A DNA stretch of 63,996 bases, the filler included, from Stramenopiles sp. TOSAG23-6 (Eukaryota): NCBI GenBank assembly GCA_900128565.1. It is 3 parts of 3 records of this genome, joined end to end, with 100 filler letters (N's around TTAATTAATTAA, not from the genome) between each part and the next. Parts side by side here need not be neighbours in the genome. Positions count along the whole stretch, not along the records: positions 1 to 25,030 come from LT635998.1; positions 25,131 to 50,045 come from LT635999.1; 1 more part is not named here. The stretch is one strand, 5' to 3'. Both the position numbers and the translations under genes were made by a program. Below are positions 22,805 through 34,037 of this stretch, one piece after another. Position 1 is the first letter of the stretch, and every line of letters starts with the position of its first letter. The notes beneath the pieces were generated by a model. That model saw only the letters and a list, made by a program, of their open reading frames with translations. It was not told the DNA's origin and did not search any database.

Positions 22805-25030
22805 CTAAGGAGAATCTTTACCTTGTGTATTTGACGCCGAACTGTAAGATACCGCTAAAGCTGTTTCTCCATCAGTACCTATTTCAAAATTCGACCCATC
22901 TTGAAAACTTTCAATAGGTTTCACAACATCGATATCATCAGCAACTTCGAAAGATGTCGCAGTTCCATGTTCTTCTATGCTCTCACGTCGACAAGGAGAG
23001 TACTCCACTTTACTTGGGTGCACAGCACTGCCCTTTTTGGATGTATTACTTAGTGAAGATGTTATGGAAATTATGCACATTAGACACATAAATGCACCAA
23101 TGACAAATAAAATACCTTCAATGACATATGTAACTTTTTTTTCCCAGTTACTTTCTGTATTATCAATCTTCGAAATGGACTTTGAATATGGAAGCGTCAT
23201 ACAATCAATTCCGGTGTATCCATCCTCACACAAGCAAAAGCAATCTGAAACATCCACTGCTGTATTATTTTTATGATAACTTCCTCCATATCTACCATGT
23301 TCTTGATTACATTTATAGTGTGAAATAACTTCGTCCGTTGCAGTGCAGGGTATAGCCTTTTCATCTATTTTCGTACAATCAAGACCAGAATATTTTCCAG
23401 AGCATTCACAATGGCAACCCAATTTGTTTCCCCTATATACACTACCTACAACCATGCCATTGTCTACCGAACATTCAGGGAAATCAGACAATGTGCACGA
23501 TGTAATGCCACATTCTGGACCAGAGTAACCGTCGAGACATGTGCATTTACATTGCGATGCATCCTTTCCTAACACTTTACCAACAGCATTTCCTCCTTTT
23601 TCATAACATGTTGGTAGATCGCTAATCAAGCACATTCTGATACTACAATCTGACCCGGAATACCCTTCATTACATTCGCATTTGCAAGCTGAAATATCTC
23701 TACCCGACGTCATACCAACAACTGTACCACCTTCATTAAAACATGCTGAAATATCTGACAACTCGCACTTTCTATCTTTAGGAGGGACACATTCAGAACC
23801 ACAACATGTTGGTACTTTGCCCGATAAACTACAATCCGTCCTAGAAAATCCGAGAACTGCATTTTTTCGGTCAAATAAAATATCATAGTTCATCATTAAG
23901 TTATTACCAATTACAAAATCCGGATCACCAAGAATACCAACACAATGTGAACCATTATACTCATATAAATATTGCTCAGGGGGGAAACACAATTTAACAT
24001 CATCATTCATACCCTTGCTCATATCCAAGTTACCATATTGGCCCGATAAACTAAATGTTATAGGAGGCAAGGAAGCCATTAGACTAGACAATGTAGTTGA
24101 CTCGTGCATTCGGATACAATATATTGAGTCTGGGTCACTGCTAGTTTTCGTACCAAGACAATGCTGACTACTTTCGTTACACCAATCTTCAAATACATTC
24201 TTCAGTTTATGTGCTAATGAACGTGGTACGTAAGTATAGGTAGTACCACTGTCAACAATAGGATTTATAGAAGTACTAGAAACTGCTTTACCATTTACAG
24301 TTATGTTATTAACAGTAACGGAAAACCAATTGCCTTTTTCTTTATACTTGACCCATTGCTCCAGACCATAATGATCTTTTTTGTTCCATTCGCCAAGATT
24401 GAAAAAACCTCCAGTAAGACCAAGGCAAAGACTAAATTCATCTTTCTTAAATCGGTTCTGATGATATCGATGTTGTGAAACCTATTGAAAGTTTTNNNNN
24501 NNNNNNNNNNNNNNNNNNNNNNNNNNNNNNNNNNNNNNNNNNNNNNNNNNNNNNNNNNNNNNNNNNNNNNNNNNNNNNNNNNNNNNNNNNNNNNNNNNNN
24601 NNNNNNNNNNNNNNNTCCGTAATATATTTCCCTCCTAAACTGCTACCTTCTGCATAACTTATTGAAAGCCGATTTCCTGAATATTTACCAGTAGAAGACT
24701 TTGAGAGAGAAAAAGGTGTATTCATATGTTTTCCACAATTGTTGCAACCCTCACAGGGGATGACGGTATCACCAGAGCCCGTATCAAGAATTACAGTGAA
24801 CGGCTGTTGTGGTGTGCCGATATCCGTAATATATTTCCCTCCTAAACTGCTACCTTCTGCATAACTTATTGAAAGCCGATTTCCTGAATATTTACCAGTA
24901 GAAGACTTTGAGAGAGAAAAAGGTGTATTCATATGTTTTCCACAATTGTTGCAACCCTCACAGGGGATGACGGTATCACCAGAGCCCGTATCAAGAATTA
25001 CAGTGAACGGCTGTTGTGGTGTGCCGATAT
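22805..25030 (-). CDS. A1 aspartic protease with EGF-like repeats and C-terminal TM (partial, gapped)
   Basis: DIGTPQQPFTVILDTGSG and IVDSGTTYTY catalytic motifs, FPPEQYLY, YDILFDRKN..GFSRTDC, EGF repeats. Confidence 0.8.
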
Positions 25031-25130
25031 NNNNNNNNNNNNNNNNNNNNNNNNNNNNNNNNNNNNNNNNNNNNTTAATTAATTAANNNNNNNNNNNNNN
25101 NNNNNNNNNNNNNNNNNNNNNNNNNNNNNN
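25031..25130. other. Artificial contig linker (N-TTAATTAATTAA-N)
   Basis: Six-frame stop linker inside an N run. Confidence 0.95.
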
Positions 25131-25221
25131 AAAAAAAAAAAAAAAAAAAAAAAAAATTTTTTTAAAAATTTTTTTTTTTTTTTTTTTTGTGGAAAAAAAA
25201 ATTGTACCCAACATTTTTTTT

Positions 25222-27176
25222 TTCCCAATATAATCAAACAGAAATGGCTGGTGGAAAATCTCACTGTTTTCTCATTGAAGAAGTAAATCAACAACAAATG
25301 TCATCAAATTCAAATAATAATAAAAATTCTAAAAATGAGGAGTCAATAACAACATGTATGTTTTATTTTTTTTAATTTCGAATTTTTTTTTTTTTTGTTA
25401 ATAGTAAATTTTGTACCTAAAAATTTTTTTAGAATTTTTTTGAAATATTTTTCCAAAATACATACATATCAAGTTGTGCAGATGAAGCATCAAAATTAAT
25501 CTGGATTCGGACAATTGCTACAGAATGCCTTTTTTATGTATGTTTGGAATTTTGAAATTTTTTTTTATTTTTTTTTTTTCATTTTTTTTATTTTTTATTT
25601 TTTTTTTTCATTTTTTATATTTATTTTTTTCGGTAAAAAAAAAAAAAAAATAGCTGTACAACACATATATTTTTTAATTAAATTGTTTCTTTTGTACATA
25701 TTGTTAAAAAAAAATGCATTACAAAAAAAGGATAATGCCTCTATATTAAAATGCATGTATGTTAATTTTTTTTCAATTTTTTATCTAAATTTTTTTTTGT
25801 AGGAAATTTTGTACCTAACAATTTTTTTTTTTTTTTTTTGAAATATTTTTCCAAAATACATGACCAGTCTGTGCTTAGGACTACTTGCTACGGTTGTGTC
25901 TGGGTTGTACAAGTCACAACCACAATTGTCTATTGCTGCTATGAAAGATCGTAAACAAAGGATTAATCTGTCTCTTGGACGTTTATTACCCACCCTTGAA
26001 ATTTTGAGTGTTCATCCATTAGTAGAAATATCAGAGGCTGCCATGGCTTGTCGTAAAAGTGTTATCACAAATGATGCCGCGTATTGTACAAAAAGTAAAG
26101 AGAATAGTGTTAAGGATATACAATCGACGAATAATACAGTTTCAGAAAGTAAAGGCATTGTAGAAATCACTTCAAATAAGAATAATACAATGAATAAGAA
26201 TAATACAATGAATAAGAATAATATTATAAATTCTGTGTCCAATAAGTCACCCCCAAATCAAGAAAATACAGTAAATGACATGATTTCTGAATATATAAGC
26301 GATATTGGAAGCAATCTAGTACCTATTCGTGCTCATGGTGTTGCCGGTATTGCAAGAATTGTGAAACAATATCCAAAACTGACAGTCGATGATCCAAAAC
26401 AATGTGATATGTTATTGAATATTTTACTTTCTCAAACATTGGATGAAGATTCATATGTGTTTTTAGGTGCAATTAAGGCACTTAAAGAAATGGTAGAAGC
26501 ATCCAAATCAAAGGTTGCCCCAATGATTTGTTGTTTACTGCGTGAATTTTCTGATACCTCACGTTCTCTATGCCAAAGGCTTCGTATTGGAGAAGTTTTA
26601 TCGTGTGCGACAAGACGTCGAGGGGAAGCATTAGCATATTATTCCAAACCTCTCGTCAATGCTTTTATTGCTGGAGCTAGATGTAAATCTTCATTACATA
26701 ATGGCCGTCCAACTCTTCAATCTCATGAGTGTAAGAATATTAGTATAGATGATACTGTAAATAACAATGATGGTGAGGAAACGAAGAGACAGATTACAAA
26801 TACAGCAATGAGGACAAGTTGTATAAGTGCTTTATGTGACATATGTCAAACACTTCCTGCAGGGACTTTGCCTCAGCAGGCAGAAGTAATTGTACTTGCC
26901 CAAGCTGCTCTTCGTTTGGATTCTGATGTAAGAGTGAGACGAGCTGCAGCATTTTTGTTATACCAAGTTGTTTCAAATGTACAAAACGCAGAAGATTTGA
27001 AATCTGTAGCACCTGAAATGAAAGAAGTGTATGAAGGCATCAAAATTGGTACTAATGACGTTGATGCTGTGACAAGATCACATTGTGAAGCAGCTTTGGG
27101 TGAAATTGATAGATCTATCCGAGATTCCTTGTGTTCTGATACATCAAAAAGAGAAGTTCGAATCCGTATTTTATAA
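25222..27176 (+). CDS. TANGO6: TANGO6/RTP1 C-terminal part (5' truncated, multi-exon)
   Basis: LVPIRAHG, DEDSYVFLGAIKAL, RLRIGEVL, RTSCISALCDIC, VRRAAAFLL, DAVTRSHC. The 5' boundary is approximate. Confidence 0.8.
25356..25463 (+). mobile_element. Introner-like GT-AT intron
   Basis: acat|GTATGT..GTACCTAA..CCAAAATACAT|ac; splices ITT-Y-ISSC in frame. Confidence 0.75.
25757..25861 (+). mobile_element. Introner-like GT-AT intron
   Basis: tgcat|GTATGT..TACCTAAC..AAAATACAT|gacc; gives ILKC-M-TSLCLGLL. Confidence 0.8.
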
Positions 27177-27310
27177 AAATAAATTAATGATACTTTTGTT
27201 GCACACATAATAAAAAAGGACTTGGTATATTCCTCGGAGGGCCTCCACCTTGAAGTGAAGCAATAACCTACCAAAACTGCCTTTTTTGTTTTTCCACAAG
27301 CATCGTTTTT

Positions 27311-30052
27311 TTAGTGATCTGACAAGACGCTAATGTCAGCACCAGCAGTGATAAGTAGTTGAACTACTCCTGCATGACCTTCCTGTGAAGCAATATACAA
27401 TGGGGTTCCAACGTAAAATCCTTTTGTCGCAGCCTTATTGACATCAGCACCAGCACCAAGGAGTACTTTAACTACTCCAACATTACCATTCTGTGAAGCA
27501 ACAAACAACGGGGTTTTCCCGTATCCATCAGCATTATTGATCTCAGCACCGTTTTCAAGAAGTAGTTGAACTACTTCATCCTTACCAGACTTTGAAGCAG
27601 CAAACAATGGGGTTTCTCTGTTGTTATTAGCTTCATTGACATTAGCATCAGCAGCGATAAGTTGTGCAACTTCTGCTGCATGACCATTTGCTGAAGCAAT
27701 CCACAATGGGGTAACTCCGTTATAATTTGACTTATTGGCATCAGCCTTAGCATCGATAAGTAGTCGAACTACTTCAACATGACCNCTTGCTGAAGCAATA
27801 AACAGTGGGGTTCTTGTGAGTTTATCAGCCTTATTGACTTTTGCTTTAGCTTTGAGAAGCAGTTCAACTACTTCAACATGACCCCTTTCTGAAGCAATTA
27901 ACAATGGGGTAGTTCCACTCCATAGTCCACTTGTAGGACTCTGATTGATATTAGCACCTGCAGCAATGAGTTGTTGAACTACTCCAACATGACCCTTATT
28001 TGAAGCAATATACAATGGGGTTTCTCCGTCTGTATCAGGCTGATTGACATTAGCACCCTTAGTGATAAGTTGTGCAACTACTCCTGCATGACCTTGCTGT
28101 GAAGCAATCAACAATGGGGTATCTCCGTTTTTGTCAGCCTTATTGACATCAACTTTATCTGCAGCGAGAAGCAATTCAACTACTTTTTCATGACCACTGA
28201 ATGAAGCAGCATACAATGGGGTATTTCCGTCTTCATCAGCCTTATTGAAATCAATTCTAACTACTCCTTCATTTACCTTGTGAGAATACATGCTCTCACT
28301 TCGTCGTCGGGCTTGTGAGCAACTCTCGAAAATGGCCATTTGTTGAGCTTTAATTCGTACAGCATGTCTTGTAATTTCATCGTGTGCAATATCGCTTTGA
28401 CTCCTTTGCCTATCATTGTTATTCAATGTGCCCAACTTTTGTCGGACACAATATAAAAAAGGACTTGGTATATTCCTCGGAGGGCCTCCACGACTCCGAC
28501 TCCGCCATTCTAACAAAGCTTGGCGTACAAAAGGTGAATACGTGTTGGCGTTCATAAGGAAAGTCAACTCTGCATTGGTAGAAACTAAGTCACACACGCG
28601 TCTAGGACGTCTACTATATGGCAAAGCAGCATACAATGGTGTATGTCCGTCTTTGGTAGCCTGATTGACATCAGCACCCTTATCAAGAAGTAGTCGAACT
28701 ACTCCCTCATGACCTTTATATGAAGCAACATACAATGGTGTAGTTCCGGATTTTGTAGCTAGATTGACATTAGCACCTTTACCAAGAAGTAGTCCAACTA
28801 CTCCAACATGACCCCAAATTGAAGCAATATACAATGGGGTAGCTCCTCTCCAATGTCCACTTGTAGGAGCCTGATTGACATCAGCACCTGCCGTGATAAG
28901 TTGTGTCACTACTTTTTCCTCATCTTTTTCTGAAGCAATCATCAATGGTGTAAGTCCATCATTCCTAGCCTGATTGACATCAGCACCAGCAGCAATTAGT
29001 CGAGCAACTTCTCCAACACGCCCATATCGTGAAGCAACATACAATTGAAATGCTTGAAGTTTTATTTTGGCCTTGGCGCGACCAACTCGTCCGCGTTGAA
29101 GTGATTGAATCTTTATAATATTTCCGAGTTTTATTTTGGCCTTGGTGCGACCAATTCGTCCGCGTTGAAGTGATTGAATCTGTATAATATTTCCGAGTTT
29201 TATTTTGGCCTTGGCGCGACCAACTCGTCCGCGTTGAAGTGCCTGAATCCTCCGAATCTTTGTAGCATTTGTAGCATAGTATTCGCGACTATGAAATTTT
29301 GTGAAAGAAACATTTTCATTTGCACTGAAAACTTGTCGACAATTTGGGCAATTTAAATTGGAAGTCATTCTTGCCCATGCATCTATACACTCGGCGCAAA
29401 AAATATGACTACATGGAGTGATTTTTGCTTTTTCGCTTACATTGCCCAAACATATGGAACATCCTCCATCAAAAAATCTTGAGGCAATAGCTTCTGGATT
29501 ACTTACAGTATGGATATGATTACCATTTTCATCTTTTTCATAAAATGCTTCTTCCAATATCTGAGCGATATTAGTCTTATTGTTTATCATTGCAAATTTC
29601 CATCTTGACATTTTCCCACGAGGAGTCAAATCTGCACCAAGACCAATCATGAAGCTGGCAAAGTTTTTACAATCGCCAAGGATTGCTCTGTCGAAGTGAT
29701 CACTCATCTCAGACTTCAATAGTTCCTTCACAAACTCATCAGGCTCTTCGCCATAGCTAAGTAAAAGCTCCACCATTTGATTATTCTTATGCGCTACAGA
29801 AACCAGGAGTGGTGTGTCACCACCGCCATTGCTCTGAGCACCTTCTTCAAGCAGCTTCTCAGCTGCCATTCTGTCCTGAGACTCGACAGCACTTAAAAGT
29901 TCTCGCGAAAGAATTTCGGGACTTCTGGTCGCAGCAACTTTTGCTTCATGTGCGCCGTTGATCCCTTGGATTGCAGAGAGATAAGTTATCATTGTAAGTA
30001 GTGTACAACATGAAATCATTTTATGAAGTTGTTGTATAGCAAATACTTTCAC
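27311..30052 (-). CDS. Ankyrin-repeat protein with RING finger and IQ motifs
   Basis: CSICL..PCSHIFCAECI..CPNCR; three IQ.LQRG..GR motifs; many TPL.IAS..GH ankyrin repeats. Confidence 0.85.
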   Translation of the reverse strand: MKVFAIQQLHKMISCCTLLTMITYLSAIQGINGAHEAKVAATRSPEILSRELLSAVESQDRMAAEKLLEEGAQSNGGGDTPLLVSVAHKNNQMVELLLSYGEEPDEFVKELLKSEMSDHFDRAILGDCKNFASFMIGLGADLTPRGKMSRWKFAMINNKTNIAQILEEAFYEKDENGNHIHTVSNPEAIASRFFDGGCSICLGNVSEKAKITPCSHIFCAECIDAWARMTSNLNCPNCRQVFSANENVSFTKFHSREYYATNATKIRRIQALQRGRVGRAKAKIKLGNIIQIQSLQRGRIGRTKAKIKLGNIIKIQSLQRGRVGRAKAKIKLQAFQLYVASRYGRVGEVARLIAAGADVNQARNDGLTPLMIASEKDEEKVVTQLITAGADVNQAPTSGHWRGATPLYIASIWGHVGVVGLLLGKGANVNLATKSGTTPLYVASYKGHEGVVRLLLDKGADVNQATKDGHTPLYAALPYSRRPRRVCDLVSTNAELTFLMNANTYSPFVRQALLEWRSRSRGGPPRNIPSPFLYCVRQKLGTLNNNDRQRSQSDIAHDEITRHAVRIKAQQMAIFESCSQARRRSESMYSHKVNEGVVRIDFNKADEDGNTPLYAASFSGHEKVVELLLAADKVDVNKADKNGDTPLLIASQQGHAGVVAQLITKGANVNQPDTDGETPLYIASNKGHVGVVQQLIAAGANINQSPTSGLWSGTTPLLIASERGHVEVVELLLKAKAKVNKADKLTRTPLFIASAXGHVEVVRLLIDAKADANKSNYNGVTPLWIASANGHAAEVAQLIAADANVNEANNNRETPLFAASKSGKDEVVQLLLENGAEINNADGYGKTPLFVASQNGNVGVVKVLLGAGADVNKAATKGFYVGTPLYIASQEGHAGVVQLLITAGADISVLSDH

Positions 30053-30407
30053 TGCAACGTTTGCTGCGTGCGCACGATTAAGTAATTACACGTGTTTGTT
30101 TGTAGAGTCAGTACGCACAACAAACAACATATATGGTCTGGCAGTTCCTGGGTCAGCTGACAAAACTTCCTGAACAAACCTGCCCTTTTTGCTATTTGCT
30201 ATCAAAAATTTCTTATGATCAAATCTCAAATCTTGAAACAATAGCGTCATTTTTTCTACTGCAATGCAAAAGTATCTGTGAGCACTACTGCTTTATTAAT
30301 TGAATGATGATTGTAAACTCATTGTATTAACATTTGGATAGGTAATTTGTACATGCATAGGCCCTATAGGATTTGATTATATTCTAGTATTGTAGAAAAA
30401 ATATTAG

Positions 30408-31124
30408 ATGAAAATGCAGAGATTGGAAATGCTGATTAGCACAGCTGTAGTACTTTTCTGTTATTTGGGAGGTCCTATGGAATTCATTCAATTATTCAAT
30501 AACCCCGACGCACCTTCTAGTTCCTTTCGCCAATGTGTAGCATATATTTTAAATGGAGGTCTCACTCATGTTAATTTGTCGCCAAATTTTGTAAAGCGTA
30601 GTAAGTCAGTGGATATGTTGGCAATGAGAGCCGAGGAAGTCAACTACGAGTTGACGACACCAGCTTGGGGAAAACACGCTCCTCATTGGAAGTCAAAACA
30701 CTTTCGGATTAATTTTGGCTTAGGCGTGCATCACAATGATTGGCTCGTAGATCAAGGTGAGTTGTTTGGTCCTCAAATGGGAGGTGCAACATTTGGATGG
30801 CGAGGAGATATTACCCCTAATCCTAATCCTAATCCTAATCATAATCCTAATCCTAATCCTAATCCTAACCAAGAGAATGTACTAAATAATCGAAATGATT
30901 TGTCAGTATATGTTTCACAAAGACAAAACTACATAAATGATGTATCTTCTTCCTATTTACTTGCTTCAGGTCTTTGGGAAATTTTAGTCCCTAATGGGAT
31001 TTATAGATGTGTTCTTATTATTGGTGGTGATGAGAGTGACTATAAAAAACATGAACAAAATGATTTGCATAAAATAAAAAAATTGCAAATACAAAAACAA
31101 ATTTTACTTTTGAAATGTATTTAA
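30408..31124 (+). CDS. Hypothetical protein, possible carbohydrate-binding beta-sandwich, with NP repeat
   Basis: 238-aa ORF; RINFG..DQG..FGW..WEILVPNGIY pattern. Confidence 0.4.
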   Translation: MKMQRLEMLISTAVVLFCYLGGPMEFIQLFNNPDAPSSSFRQCVAYILNGGLTHVNLSPNFVKRSKSVDMLAMRAEEVNYELTTPAWGKHAPHWKSKHFRINFGLGVHHNDWLVDQGELFGPQMGGATFGWRGDITPNPNPNPNHNPNPNPNPNQENVLNNRNDLSVYVSQRQNYINDVSSSYLLASGLWEILVPNGIYRCVLIIGGDESDYKKHEQNDLHKIKKLQIQKQILLLKCI

Positions 31125-31141
31125 TTTTTTTTCATATTTTT

Positions 31142-33648
31142 TTACATATTTTTACATTTAAAATTTTTCCATTCTTTTAAAGTTGTCCGAGCAATAGGAG
31201 ATACATTTAAAGTTCGAGCATTTGCATCATCAACTCGTACAACTACGTAATCTCCACGTTTTAAAAACACATTACTACTACTTTTAATAATCTTAGTATT
31301 ATTATTATTATTATTATTTGTAGTATTATTCAAAAACACACTATTATTATCATTTGTAGTATTATTCAAAAATACACTACTACTACTACTACTACTACTA
31401 CTATTAATAATCTTAGAATCATTATTATTATTATTGTTTGTAGTATTATTCAAAAATACACTATTATCATAATTAATAATCTTCTCATCAATATTATTAT
31501 TATTACTATTATTACACTTTTTTGTATATCCATTGAAAAGACTTAACAACAAAGAAGATTCAACAGGAATATTTTCAAATACACAGCGTTTGTTGGTGTC
31601 AGTACGCCCAGTTAATTGCTCGAGCCCAGAAGCACTCACCGCTCTTCTACTATTTCCTTCAACAAGAACTAAATGAAATTGCCCAATTTCAGATAAAGCT
31701 CGTTTAGTAGCTTGTCTGGTAAACACTTCAATAATTTCACGAAGTCGCCTTTGTTTGGTCTCTTCAGGAATATTATCCTTCATTTTATGATAAGCATGCG
31801 TCCGTTCACGTTCGCTATAAGCAAACATGTATTGTTCAAAAATATTTCAAAAACATTGAAATTCATTAAGTACATAATCTCGAAATATCGGGCGTTTCTT
31901 ATAATAAAAAATCTAGTATGAAAAGAAATTATGTAAAAAATTCATGATGAAAACGTATCGAATAAAAATATTTCAAAAAAAAAAAAACATGATGTAAAAA
32001 ATTCATAATGAAAACGTACATATATGCTTGTTCAAAGCCTACAATTTCCATGAGGCTCAATGTGTCAGCATGTTCATCTTCAGTCTCATCACAAAAACCA
32101 GTGATAAAATCAGAACTGAATGCAACACTTTCCTTACCAAATTTTGTACTTGAGGAATTTTCACCAGAGATTATATTTCGTGCATTATCAATCAGAGTAA
32201 GGTACGCCTCACGAGAATACCCGCGTCGCATTCGTCGTAACACAGATGAACTCCCAGATTGAGCAGGCATGTGTAATTGATTACACAAATTATCTCTTTC
32301 TGCATGAAGCTGTAGCAAGGGCTTTGGAAAATCTTTTGGATGAGGAGAAGTATATCGAACTCTCATTTCAGGATCAATTAGAGTAATTGCATCCAGCAAA
32401 TCAGTAAATCGATGGCCATCACCCTGTCTAAGTTTGTATAAATTAGAAAAACCTTCAGCAATCATATACCCTCCCTCAGCTGCCTCAGTCTCAGCATCAC
32501 CTATAGCACGCGCAGCGGCACCACGTTCCGTTTCTTTTGATCGAGTTATACTTTTATGGTTAGGGTTTTTGTATTGCATTGAACTTTTACCAAGTTGATG
32601 CCAATAACTATTTACATTTTGACCAAGTAACGTTACTTCTTTACACCCATTATCCGACAAAGCACGCACTTCATCCAAAATACTCTCAAAAGGACGACTT
32701 CTCTCACGACCACGGGTGAAGGGTACGATGCAATAACTACATGTATTGTGAAAAAGTATATCAACTTCGAAATTAGGGTCATGGTTAGGACAAAACCTTT
32801 GTAGTAGTAGGTACGAAAAAAATTAAAAAGAATGATGAAAACGTACACATGTTATTACAACCTCTCATGATACTACACCATGCAGAGACATTACTCTTTG
32901 AAGTTCGAACTGGTTTGACGTCTGCATATGTTTCATCAAGACTTAGTTGGACGTTCATTGCCCGCTCACCTCCCTGGACAAGCTTGATTAAGTGTGGCAA
33001 GTCTCTGTAAGCATCAGGTCCAGCGATAAGATCAACAATTTTTTCTTCTTCCAATAACTTTGATTTCAAACGTTCAGCCATACACCCAAGAACACCCACT
33101 ACTTGATTTGGTTTCCGACGTGGAGTGCCATGCTGAGCAACTCTCTGTTTTCTCGTCGAGACAGTTTTGTTCTTCAACTCACGAGCAGCGGCCTTGCGCT
33201 CTCCTGTCATATTCCGAAGTCTATTTCTTATTGTATTTTCGGCTCCATCTCGTATAGCACATGTATTTATTAGGACGATATCTGCTGAATTTTCATCAGT
33301 TGTTTTCTTGAAACCTGCATCATCGAGTAAACTGCACACAATTTCAGTGTCAGAAACATTCATTTGACAACCATACGTCTGAATATAATATGTACTACCC
33401 GGTACTTCCAAAAGAACTTGATCAAGAGCATCGGTATTATGATGACCAAATACATGCGCTTTCTGAAGATCTAAGGAAGAAACGGCTTCATTTGAATTTG
33501 CCATAAAGTGCTTGAGAGATAAAACGTCCTCGTCCTTCAACGTTCGCTTTCCTTTCCTAGCCATTTCTGAACCTTTTGATACCACAACTTGTCGTGCTTT
33601 AGAAGAAAATACACGAGATACAAGGTTACATGGATACAACAATCTCAT
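31142..33648 (-). CDS. CDK5RAP1: Mitochondrial tRNA methylthiotransferase (MiaB family), 3 exons
   Basis: [24 protein letters not shown], spliced [38 protein letters not shown] domain. Confidence 0.92.
31827..32019 (-). mobile_element. Diverged GT-AT intron
   Basis: tatat|GTACGT..ACAATACAT|gttt; restores QAY-M-FAYS. Confidence 0.8.
32741..32846 (-). mobile_element. GT-AT intron inside the radical-SAM motif
   Basis: atgt|GTACGT..CCTAAC..ACAATACAT|gtagt; restores CNNM-C-SYC. Confidence 0.88.
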
Positions 33649-33847
33649 TCTTTAGGTATATGGAATAAAAGTGTACACAGTAATGTACTGTCTCGTTTGA
33701 AGTGTCAATTAATTCAGTTAGACTACGGCTTTCGTACTCTAGTTAGTCGTACGTAGTACGCTACAAATTTGAAGAAGTCAAAATTATCGCGAATTTTCGC
33801 TGAACTTATTAAAATTGAATTTCAAATTTCCGGATTTGTCCGATACT

Positions 33848-33910
33848 ACTGGTATCCACGGGTAACTGGTATCCACGGGTAACTGGTACCCACGGGTACT
33901 ACTACCCGTG
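33848..33910. repeat. 17-bp tandem repeat x3 ending in a hairpin
   Basis: ACTGGTAYCCACGGGTA x3; CACGGGTA-CTAC-TACCCGTG stem-loop. Confidence 0.85.
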
Positions 33911-34037
33911 CTACGTACGCGTACGACGGGAGTCATACGGAGACAGGTACATGTAAAATGCTCTGCACCACAATTTTATTATTAGAAAGTAAAATCAAAA
34001 CAAAAAAAATCAATCAAAATTTTTGAAAAAAATTATT

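Noticed and set aside
24616-25030. Tandem ~207-bp duplication of the protease DTG lobe
   Set aside because: Identical copies lying between two N gaps; assembly artefact.
25075-25086. TTAATTAATTAA palindrome (also 50090-50101)
   Set aside because: Synthetic contig-joining linker; sequences on either side need not be adjacent.
25538-25700. Additional GT-AT intron in TANGO6
   Set aside because: The donor (tat|GTATGT) is clear, but homopolymer-rich low-quality sequence leaves the acceptor unresolved; not counted.
30815-30870. Telomere-like CCTAAT run
   Set aside because: In-frame Asn-Pro coding repeat, internal and short.
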